This document shows positions 37,452 through 45,750 of a stretch of 64,000 nt of DNA, piece by piece. Position 1 is the stretch's first letter. Each line of letters begins with the position of its first letter. The notes under the pieces were generated by a model. That model was not told the origin of the DNA and ran no database searches. It saw nothing but the letters and a program-made list of their open reading frames with translations. The position numbers and the translations under genes are program-made. This DNA comes from Gemmatimonadales bacterium (GTDB lineage Bacteria; Gemmatimonadota; Gemmatimonadetes; Gemmatimonadales; GWC2-71-9), in NCBI GenBank assembly GCA_041577295.1, contig JBFGJG010000016.1, positions 1-64,000 of the forward strand, in the 5' to 3' direction.

Positions 37452-39383
37452 ATGTCCACCTTTGCGTGGCAACCCTCCGAGCAGCGGATTGCACACGCCA
37501 ATGTGACCCGCTTCATGCGCGCTCACGGCATCACGGATCTCTCAACGTTATATCGGAGATCCGTGGAAGAACCTGAGTGGTTTTGGGATGCGGTGGTGCG
37601 TGATCTCGGCATCGAGTTCGCCGAGCCCTATCACACCGTGCGGGACACGAGCAAGGGCATCCCGTGGACTGAGTGGTTTCTCGGCGGACGGCTGAACGTC
37701 ACGGTCAACTGTCTGCATCGTCACCTCGCCGACCGTGGTGACGAGGAGTGTCTGATCGCGGAGCGGGAAGATGGAGCGGTGATGCGCTACACGTTCCGCG
37801 AGCTGGCGGAGCAAGTGAACCGGTGCGCTGCGGGCTTGCGCGCCGCCGGAGTTCGCCCGGGCGATCGCGTGGCCGCGTACATGCCAATGGTCGCTGAGGT
37901 GGTAGTGCAAATGCTCGCCACGTTCCACGTCGGTGCGATCTTCATTCCCATCTTCAGCGGCTACGCACCGGCCGCGGTGTCCGAGCGGCTGCGCGGCGCA
38001 GAGGTTCGTCTCGTTTTCACGGCCGATCGCTCAGTCCGCCGCGACAAGAGCATCTCCATCAAAGAAAACGCAGATGCCGCCCTTGCGGACGCGCCGTCCG
38101 TCAGCCGCGTCGTGGTCGTCAAAGGATACCAGGACGACGTTCCATGGGATCCCGGGCGCGACGTGTGGTGGGAGGACTTCCTTCGCTCCGGCAAATCGAC
38201 GGCGAGCGAGATGGTGCCGTCGATGCACCCCGCTCTCATTCTGTTCACGTCCGGGACAACGGGCCGCCCCAAAGGAACCGTGCACAGCCATGCCGGTGCG
38301 CTAGTGCAGATCGCGAAGGAGGTGGGCTACGCCTTCGACATGAAGCCAGCGGACCGGTTCTGGTGGCTCACGGACATCGGATGGATGATGGGCCCCTGGA
38401 TGATCATTGGCGGGCTGTTCCACGGCGCCACTATCGTGCTCTACGACGGTGCCTTCGACTACCCCACACCGGGCCGACTGTGGGAAATGATTGCGCGGCA
38501 TGATGTGACGGTCTTTGGAATCTCCCCAACCGCCATCCGGCTCGCGATGCGCGCAGGGCATCGACACGTCGCGAAGCACGATCTCTCGAGCCTGCGAGTT
38601 CTGGGATCGACCGGAGAGCCGTGGGACGAAAAGTCCTGGTGGTGGTTCTTCGAGCATGTGGGTGGGAAGCGATGTCCGATCATCAACATCTCGGGTGGCA
38701 CCGATATCATCGGCTGCTTTCTCTCACCGCTACCCATCGACCGCCTCAAGCCCTGTAGTCTCGTCCGCCCTGGGCTGGGCATGGCGGTGGACGTATGGAA
38801 CGAACGCGGCGAGCCGGTACGCGAGGAGGTTGGCTATCTGGTGGCGACCAAACCGGCACCCTCAATGACGCGTGGCCTGTGGAACGATCCGCAGCGATAC
38901 ATTGAGTCCTACTGGTCGAAGTGGGAGAACGTCTGGAACCACGGTGACTGGGCGTATGTCGATGCCGACGGCCAATGGTTTCTCCACGGCCGCGCTGACG
39001 ATACGCTCAAGGTGGCAGGGAGACGGATCGGCCCCTCCGAAGTGGAGGGCGCATTGATCAAGACCGGGAAGGTGAGCGAGGCTGCAGCGATCGGCTTGCC
39101 ACATGACATCAAAGGAGAGGGAATCGTCTGCTTCGTGGTGCTTCGCCCCGGCGTCAAAGCGAGCGAAGCTCTACGTGAAGAGCTGTCCGGGGCCGTCGTC
39201 GATCAGCTGGGAAAGATCGACCGCCCGGAGGGCATACGCTTCGTCACGGATCTCCCCAAGACGCGAAGTGCAAAGATCGTGAGACGACTCGTCCGCGCGG
39301 TGTGCCTCGGCGAAACGGATCTGGGCGATCTCTCCTCGGTCCAGAACCCCGAGGCGATCGACGCGATTCGAAATGCGGGATAG
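37452..39383 (+). CDS. AMP-forming acetate/short-chain acyl-CoA ligase
   Basis: FTSGTTGRPKG, TDIGWMMG, STGEPW, SGGTD, GRADD, LPKTRSAKIVRR. Confidence 0.9.
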   Translation: MSTFAWQPSEQRIAHANVTRFMRAHGITDLSTLYRRSVEEPEWFWDAVVRDLGIEFAEPYHTVRDTSKGIPWTEWFLGGRLNVTVNCLHRHLADRGDEECLIAEREDGAVMRYTFRELAEQVNRCAAGLRAAGVRPGDRVAAYMPMVAEVVVQMLATFHVGAIFIPIFSGYAPAAVSERLRGAEVRLVFTADRSVRRDKSISIKENADAALADAPSVSRVVVVKGYQDDVPWDPGRDVWWEDFLRSGKSTASEMVPSMHPALILFTSGTTGRPKGTVHSHAGALVQIAKEVGYAFDMKPADRFWWLTDIGWMMGPWMIIGGLFHGATIVLYDGAFDYPTPGRLWEMIARHDVTVFGISPTAIRLAMRAGHRHVAKHDLSSLRVLGSTGEPWDEKSWWWFFEHVGGKRCPIINISGGTDIIGCFLSPLPIDRLKPCSLVRPGLGMAVDVWNERGEPVREEVGYLVATKPAPSMTRGLWNDPQRYIESYWSKWENVWNHGDWAYVDADGQWFLHGRADDTLKVAGRRIGPSEVEGALIKTGKVSEAAAIGLPHDIKGEGIVCFVVLRPGVKASEALREELSGAVVDQLGKIDRPEGIRFVTDLPKTRSAKIVRRLVRAVCLGETDLGDLSSVQNPEAIDAIRNAG

Positions 39384-39448
39384 GCGCGAACGGCGGGAGA
39401 GACGTCATTGGCGGGATTGGAACACTCCCCATCCCAACGCACGGCAGC

Positions 39449-40660
39449 TCATGTCTTCAAGACGCCCAACGCCTCCTTCGCTCCACACATACCCTCGATG
39501 ATCTGCTCATCCGGTGTCGCGAACGAGAGTCGCAGGTAGCCGTCCTGCATGAATCCCGTCCCGGAGGCCGTGACCACCCCAGCTTGCCGAATCAGATACT
39601 CGGCCACATCGTCCGATGTGCGCAGCACCATCCCGTCTGGCGTCTTCTTACCAAAAGTGCCCCGTATATCCCAGAACGAGTAGAACGCCGCAGGACTCGG
39701 CCATATTCGCACGTGGGGCATGTCTTTCGCCTCGCGGAGCAAGAGATCGCGTTTCGCCTGGAGATCCTGCTTCAGTTCCGGATCATAGGATGCGGCGATC
39801 GCGGCCATCGCCGAGTACTGTGTTGGCACCGCTGGACCAGATGTGTAGTGACTCTGCAGATTGATCATGGCACGGGTCAGGTCGGTGGGCCCGACCGACC
39901 ATCCGATCCGGATTCCCCCGGTGCGCCGAAAGTTCTTCGAGAGTCCGTCCACCTGGATGAGCCACGGCTTGGTCTCGGCATCAATGCGTGGCTCTGGGTA
40001 GCTCTCACCGTCAAAGGTGAGACGCCAATACAGGCGATCGAGCACGAAGTAGGTCCGGTGCTCGACACACACCTGCAGAAGGCCGTCCAACTCCTCGGCC
40101 GAGTAGAGTTGTGCGGTGGGATTGACCGGGCTGTTGAGGAGAAAGAGCTTCGCGTGCGGTCGGGCCGCCAAATTCCGGCGCAGGTCGTCGGGAGTCACTT
40201 TCAGGTAGTTGGCCTCTCCGGCGGCGGGGAGGACCATGATCGGGCTTGCGTACGCCGCGACGGCGAGCGGCTGGTAGCTCACCCAGGGTGCCGCGTCGAA
40301 CAGGACCGTGTCCGCCGGATTGCAGATGGCCAAAAAGATGTTGAACAGGCTTTGCTTCGCCCCACTGGTGATGACCACGTTTTCAATCCCGTAGTGGTGG
40401 CCTACGCCCAGCCATTCGAGTACAGCTTCTCGAACTGCTGGAACCCCAGCGGGATCAGCGTACATCGTGTGCCCCTCCCGATACGCACGCTCCCCGGCTT
40501 CCCGTATGTGCGCAGCGAGGTCCCCCTTAGTTTCGCCTAAGCCGAAGTCATAAACGGGGAGGCCCTGAGCGGATCGCTCACCGGACAACCGCTTCAGCTC
40601 CAGCGTGAGGGAGGGACGAAACTTCGCGAGCTTGGCAGAGATACGTTCGACGTCGAGCAT
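39449..40660 (-). CDS. PLP-dependent aminotransferase class I/II (aspartate aminotransferase-like)
   Basis: SGAKQSL, PWVSY, NSPVNPT, DRLY, DGLSK..GIRIG, LRLSFA. Confidence 0.88.
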   Translation of the reverse strand: MLDVERISAKLAKFRPSLTLELKRLSGERSAQGLPVYDFGLGETKGDLAAHIREAGERAYREGHTMYADPAGVPAVREAVLEWLGVGHHYGIENVVITSGAKQSLFNIFLAICNPADTVLFDAAPWVSYQPLAVAAYASPIMVLPAAGEANYLKVTPDDLRRNLAARPHAKLFLLNSPVNPTAQLYSAEELDGLLQVCVEHRTYFVLDRLYWRLTFDGESYPEPRIDAETKPWLIQVDGLSKNFRRTGGIRIGWSVGPTDLTRAMINLQSHYTSGPAVPTQYSAMAAIAASYDPELKQDLQAKRDLLLREAKDMPHVRIWPSPAAFYSFWDIRGTFGKKTPDGMVLRTSDDVAEYLIRQAGVVTASGTGFMQDGYLRLSFATPDEQIIEGMCGAKEALGVLKT

Positions 40661-40824
40661 GGGGATCTCGATCTTTGACTGGTGGGATCTAAGGTAGGGC
40701 ACTTTCCGTGAAGCAGAAGAGGCAAAAGAGGATCCCTTCTCTCCCTCGCCGTCTGCTACCTCTTCTGCCTCTCCTGCTTCTCCCTATTTTTCTTTTCGTT
40801 GAAGTCCCCAACCAGAGGCCCCCC

Positions 40825-41595
40825 ATGGAATGGCTGACCAATCCTGAGATCTGGATCGCGCTCGTGACCCTCACGGCTCTCGAAGTCGTGTTGGGGATCG
40901 ATAACCTGGTGTTCATCTCGATCCTGGCCGGCAAACTGCCGGAGCATCAACAGCGACGCGCGCGCCAGGCGGGGCTGATCGCGGCCATGGGGATGCGAGT
41001 TCTCTTACTGATGTCGCTCGCGTGGTTGGTGCGACTAACCAGCCCCTTGTTCGCCGTGTTTAGCTACGAAGTCTCCGGCCGTGACCTGATCCTCATCATC
41101 GGTGGGCTTTTCCTCATCGCCAAGGGGACACACGAGATCCACGACAAACTCGAAGGAGAGGAGGGTCACGCGAGCGCGAAGGTCAAGGCGTCGTTCGCAT
41201 CCGTCATCTTCCAGATCATGCTGCTGGACATGGTTTTCTCGCTGGATTCGGTGATCACGGCCGTCGGGATGGTCGACGAGATCTGGGTGATGGTAGCCGC
41301 GGTACTGATTGCGGTCGGGATCATGATGGTTTCGGTAGAACCGCTGAGCGCGTTCGTGCAACGGCATCCGACGGTCAAGATGCTCGCGCTGAGTTTCCTG
41401 CTGCTCGTTGGCTTTACGCTCGTTGTCGAAGGGCTCCACGCCCACATTCCGAAGGGATACATCTACTTTGCCATGGGGTTCTCGGTGTTTGTGGAGTTCC
41501 TGAACATCAGGGTGAGGGCGAAACGCCGGGAGGCCCCGCCTGTGGAGCTGCGTACGCGGTATACGACAGAGCACCAAGTGCCATCGGGTGCATAA
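40825..41595 (+). CDS. TerC family membrane protein
   Basis: LEVVLGIDNLVFI, DMVFSLDSVITAVG, HPTVKMLALSFLLL, KGYIYFAM. Confidence 0.92.
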   Translation: MEWLTNPEIWIALVTLTALEVVLGIDNLVFISILAGKLPEHQQRRARQAGLIAAMGMRVLLLMSLAWLVRLTSPLFAVFSYEVSGRDLILIIGGLFLIAKGTHEIHDKLEGEEGHASAKVKASFASVIFQIMLLDMVFSLDSVITAVGMVDEIWVMVAAVLIAVGIMMVSVEPLSAFVQRHPTVKMLALSFLLLVGFTLVVEGLHAHIPKGYIYFAMGFSVFVEFLNIRVRAKRREAPPVELRTRYTTEHQVPSGA

Positions 41596-41790
41596 GCGGA
41601 TCGAACAGGCAGAGGGGATAGGGGTGCGGTATGGGGATGACCGGGATAGAGCGTTCGGGAGGAACGAGGGATGGGGCTGACTGGATGGCCAATCCCGTCC
41701 ATCCCGCCTATCCCGCCAATGCGACCGTCCGCGTATCTTTATCCCCCGCAAGCATCAACCGATCTGACCCGAGACCCCTCCGAGGAGCCG

Positions 41791-43080
41791 GTGGCCAAGA
41801 ATAACCTCTCCGTTACTGACAACCGCACTGGGAAGACCTACGAGATCGCCATCACCGATGGAACGATCCGCGCCCTCGACCTGCGAGACATCAAGGTGAA
41901 CGACGACGACTTCGGGCTGATGACCTACGACCCGGGATTCACCAATACAGCATCGTGTCGCAGCGCCATCACCTTCATCGACGGGGACAAGGGCATTCTC
42001 CGGTACCGCGGTTACCCCATTGAACAGCTTGCCGAGCAGAGCACCTTTCTCGAGACGGCCTATCTGTTGCTGTACGGTGAGCTACCCACAAAAGACGAGT
42101 TGTCGCATTGGCTCTTCGACATCACGCACCACACGTTCGTTCACGAGAACATCAAGAAATTCATGGACGGGCTGCGATACGACGCGCACCCCATGGGTGC
42201 CTTCATCAGCACTGTTGCGGCACTCTCGACGTTCTATGCCGAGGCGAAGAAGATCCACAACTCAGACATCATCAATCATCAGATCCGACGGCTCATCGCC
42301 AAGACGCCGACGATTGCGGCGTTTGCGTATCGGCACATGGTGGGGTTGCCCTACGCCTACCCCGACAACAGTCTCTCCTACGCCGGCAATTTCCTGAACA
42401 TGATGTTCAGGACTACCGAGCTTAAGTACGAGCCGAACCCCACCCTCGAGAAAGCTTTGGACGTGCTTTTCATCTTGCATGCCGATCACGAGCAGAACTG
42501 CTCGGCAAACGCCATGCGCAGCGTTGGATCGAGCGAATCCGACCCCTACAGCTCTATGGCCGCCGCGGCCGCGGCGCTGTACGGACCGCTTCACGGTGGG
42601 GCAAACGAGATGGTACTCCGCATGCTTCGAGAGATCGGTAGTAAGAAGCACATCCCCGCCTACATCAAGCGTGTGAAGAGCAAAGAGGTTCGCCTGATGG
42701 GGTTTGGCCACCGGGTGTACAAGAACTACGACCCCCGGGCCAAGATTATCAAACGAATCGCCCACGAAGTCTTCGAAGTGACGGGCCGTAACCCACTGAT
42801 CGACATCGCGGTCGAGCTGGAGAAGATCGCGCTCGAGGATGAGTTCTTCATATCCCGCAAGCTCTATCCCAATGTCGATTTCTACTCGGGAATCATCTAC
42901 GAGGCGATGCGGTTTCCGGTGGAGATGTTCCCTGTCCTGTTTGCGATCGGGCGTGCTCCGGGATGGCTGGCGCAGTGGAAGGAAATGCTATCCGACAAAG
43001 ATCAACGCATCGCTCGCCCAAGGCAGATCTACGTTGGACAGGATCAGCGTGATTACCTACCGATCGGAAAACGGGGATAG
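41791..43080 (+). CDS. gltA: Citrate synthase
   Basis: YDPGF, LRYRGYPIE, HADHEQNCS, GPLHGGAN, MGFGHRVYK, YPNVDFYSG; GTG start after GAGGAG. Confidence 0.95.
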   Translation: MAKNNLSVTDNRTGKTYEIAITDGTIRALDLRDIKVNDDDFGLMTYDPGFTNTASCRSAITFIDGDKGILRYRGYPIEQLAEQSTFLETAYLLLYGELPTKDELSHWLFDITHHTFVHENIKKFMDGLRYDAHPMGAFISTVAALSTFYAEAKKIHNSDIINHQIRRLIAKTPTIAAFAYRHMVGLPYAYPDNSLSYAGNFLNMMFRTTELKYEPNPTLEKALDVLFILHADHEQNCSANAMRSVGSSESDPYSSMAAAAAALYGPLHGGANEMVLRMLREIGSKKHIPAYIKRVKSKEVRLMGFGHRVYKNYDPRAKIIKRIAHEVFEVTGRNPLIDIAVELEKIALEDEFFISRKLYPNVDFYSGIIYEAMRFPVEMFPVLFAIGRAPGWLAQWKEMLSDKDQRIARPRQIYVGQDQRDYLPIGKRG

Positions 43081-43128
43081 TCGCAGAGAAGAGTCCTCTC
43101 GGTAGGCCGACCACCAGCTCGAGACGGT

Positions 43129-44970
43129 TTAGGGGAAGCGGATGCCCGGGATTCCTCGGGTGACTTGCCGCAATTCATCCTCGAGTCGCTGCCGGGTTTC
43201 TTCGACCTCGACCAGCCTCGTCGCCACCACGGATTGCACTTGCTCTCGGATCGCGTCCACACGGCCGCGCGCTTCGGCGAGGCGCGGCTCGACGAGTCGA
43301 TTGACCTCGGCGCGAACGAGCTGCTCGGCACGCTCGATCTCCCGGCCAACTTCCTGACGGAGACTCTGCACAACCGCCTGGCCGAGGTTGCTACTCACTG
43401 ACAGCGACGGCCGGTCGAGCGATCCCCTCAGCCGCATGTCCACCTCCACCCGCCCGACACCCGAAAGCGTTCTCCACAAGAGGTCCTTGGCCCACGCCGT
43501 GGTTCCGATCTGGCGGATGCTCTGTACGCCCGCCGGCGGCGGATCGGTCCGTTCCCAAGAGACACTGGTCGAGACCCAACGCAGGTGTGCATCGAGCTGG
43601 TCACCCGTGCGCTGCAAGGAGAATTGGGTCGTGCCTTGCCCGAGACCGACGCGTCCTCCGATGGCATCGAGTGCGACGGTAGGCAGCGTTATGCCGCTGA
43701 CGTGCAGCGCCACCGAATCCCGTATTGGACGTTGGGCATGCTCGAGGGTTGCCGCCAAACGCAGATCTCTCGGTCCCTGAGCCGCCCGAGTGCGGCCGGC
43801 TTGAATGCGAATAGGCTCGCCGTACAACGTTGGGGCGGACGACAGACCTCGGATCAGCGCGGCGTACTGTCCGGCAGCGGCTCCCGCACCGCCAATCTCC
43901 AGATCGGTCTCGCCGTACTGCAGGAGAAACCGAGGGTAGTTCGCTCGTCCCGGATAGCTGACCGTCGTCCCCGAGGCACGGGTCCGTTTGGGGCCGGAGT
44001 ACCGTTTGGGATCGAGCCCCGGCGGCACGTAGCGCTCCGCGGTCTTCACCCAGTACAGTACCGGCTTGAGCCACGTGACCGCAGTCTCGCCAAAGAGCGC
44101 GGGTGAAACACTCGGAGCTTCGAGGGATGGCAGGTTGAGCAGACTCCTGGCGTACATCAGATCGGCGTCCCGCATCTCCGGAAACCGCTCGATGTTGGCC
44201 TGGAGCGCACCGACCCCATACCGCACCGTGCTATCGAGTGTAGTGAGGCGCCCGCGGATCTCAGCCAACGAGGCGATGGTCGACCGCCCCGAATTCACCA
44301 GCTGGGTCATCCCCGGGATGCCGAGGCGCACCGGATCGGCGTTCCGCACACGTTCAATCAACGCGCGTGCCGAATCGATCTGCGGCCGTGGATCGAGCGC
44401 GCGTACACGACCTTCCCACGCACCCCGCATGGAATCTGCGAGCGCCGCCGTGGCTCGGGCGTGAGCAAGCGTGCGCAGGCTTTCGGGGCGGATCGCATTC
44501 ACATTCACCACCCCGCCCAAACCTTCGAGACTAAAGGACGGAATCCGGAGTTGCTCAGCCCACGCATTCACCTCCCGCCAGGCCCGACCGCTCTCCGGAC
44601 TGCGGTTGGGCAGCGCTCCCGAGGTCTCGCGCGGTGTGCCAAAGCGAACCCCCCGCACGGCCAACGTCTCCACGACGACCTTCTTCTCGAGAAGCGGTAC
44701 CATCATCACGTTGGCGACAATCTCGCGCGCCTCGATCAGATTGGTCATCGGCGCATCCGGGTTGGTCACCTGGAGCCCACGCAGAACCACGACGCCATCA
44801 CGCAGACGCACATCCGCGTACGCAACATCGACCTTGGCGCCGACGATCGACGCGCCCGTTTCCTCCACACCGTGCTTGACGATGCGATCGAGCAGTAGGA
44901 TGTACCCGGTGATGAGCACCACGACGAAGAAGATCAGGACGCCTATGGCACGCCAGCGGAAGATGGTCAT
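43129..44970 (-). CDS. TIGR03545 family protein
   Basis: IFRW N-terminus with TM, VGAKVD, LQVTNPDAPMTNL, FGTPRETSGAL, VSSNL; paired with a TIGR03546-like gene. Confidence 0.75.
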   Translation of the reverse strand: MTIFRWRAIGVLIFFVVVLITGYILLLDRIVKHGVEETGASIVGAKVDVAYADVRLRDGVVVLRGLQVTNPDAPMTNLIEAREIVANVMMVPLLEKKVVVETLAVRGVRFGTPRETSGALPNRSPESGRAWREVNAWAEQLRIPSFSLEGLGGVVNVNAIRPESLRTLAHARATAALADSMRGAWEGRVRALDPRPQIDSARALIERVRNADPVRLGIPGMTQLVNSGRSTIASLAEIRGRLTTLDSTVRYGVGALQANIERFPEMRDADLMYARSLLNLPSLEAPSVSPALFGETAVTWLKPVLYWVKTAERYVPPGLDPKRYSGPKRTRASGTTVSYPGRANYPRFLLQYGETDLEIGGAGAAAGQYAALIRGLSSAPTLYGEPIRIQAGRTRAAQGPRDLRLAATLEHAQRPIRDSVALHVSGITLPTVALDAIGGRVGLGQGTTQFSLQRTGDQLDAHLRWVSTSVSWERTDPPPAGVQSIRQIGTTAWAKDLLWRTLSGVGRVEVDMRLRGSLDRPSLSVSSNLGQAVVQSLRQEVGREIERAEQLVRAEVNRLVEPRLAEARGRVDAIREQVQSVVATRLVEVEETRQRLEDELRQVTRGIPGIRFP

Positions 44971-45009
44971 AGTAGAGAAGGCACAAGAGGCAGGAGACGC
45001 AGCATGCGC

Positions 45010-45531
45010 TTACGAGGGGCGAAAGAGCCGATAGAAGTTATACAGCTTCGAGGCGCGGATGGCTTTGAAGAGCTTGGCGTCTTTGTATCGTGCATAGATG
45101 GTGGCGCGGTAGCGGCCCACGCCCCACCGAGCGAGCAGGAAGATCGGCACCGCCAACACCGCCCACCCCACGAGGCTGCCGAGCACGACGCTGTTCGTGA
45201 GATTCGTCAGTGCCAGGACGGGCGTGTTGTAAATCGTCGCCCAGAAACCACTCAGCGCGGGCACGTCCAACAGCAGGGAACGACCCACGGCGTCGAACAC
45301 GGGATCCAAGACGAATCCCAAGGGAATGCACCCAAACCATCCGAGGACGGCACCTGGGACCGAGACATTGACAATCAGAATGAGCGACAGCATGAGCGCG
45401 TTGTGCAGGTTGACGAACGGCGTCAGCCCCACAATGCTGCCGAGCGCGATCCCGGCGGCGACTTGCCCCGGCGTTCCTTCCGAGTTGAGCGCGCGCACGA
45501 GGCTTTGGACGAGCTTGATGAGCCAGTACAT
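45010..45531 (-). CDS. TIGR03546 family membrane protein
   Basis: LNSEGTPGQVAAGIALG, GLTP, LDPVFDAVG, NSVVLGS. Confidence 0.8.
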   Translation of the reverse strand: MYWLIKLVQSLVRALNSEGTPGQVAAGIALGSIVGLTPFVNLHNALMLSLILIVNVSVPGAVLGWFGCIPLGFVLDPVFDAVGRSLLLDVPALSGFWATIYNTPVLALTNLTNSVVLGSLVGWAVLAVPIFLLARWGVGRYRATIYARYKDAKLFKAIRASKLYNFYRLFRPS

Positions 45532-45579
45532 GGAGGGAATTTAGCCAGGAGGAGAAGGCAGGAGGGCGGCAACGGACAT

Positions 45580-45733
45580 GAGGCAGGAGGGGCAGGAGAG
45601 GCAGCAAATTCGTGAATACACGAACTTGCGGCGACGCATAAACGCCGGAATCTTCGCCCTGCTGCGTGGAGACATCGGTAAGCGGCGCTAAGTGAACCAC
45701 GGGAACAGCTGCCTCTCCTGCCCCTCCTGCCTC
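45580..45733. repeat. 26-bp perfect inverted repeat of 9-mer units enclosing a 102-bp core
   Basis: gaggcaggaggggcaggagaggcagc (45580-45605) and its exact reverse complement (45708-45733). Confidence 0.9.
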
Positions 45734-45750
45734 TCCTGCTAGATTGACGC

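Noticed and set aside
35933..40540. Long antisense ORFs (35933-37186, 39302-40540; likewise 25669-26967, 46744-47895)
   Set aside because: Shadow ORFs expected in high-GC DNA opposite well-supported genes; no motifs.
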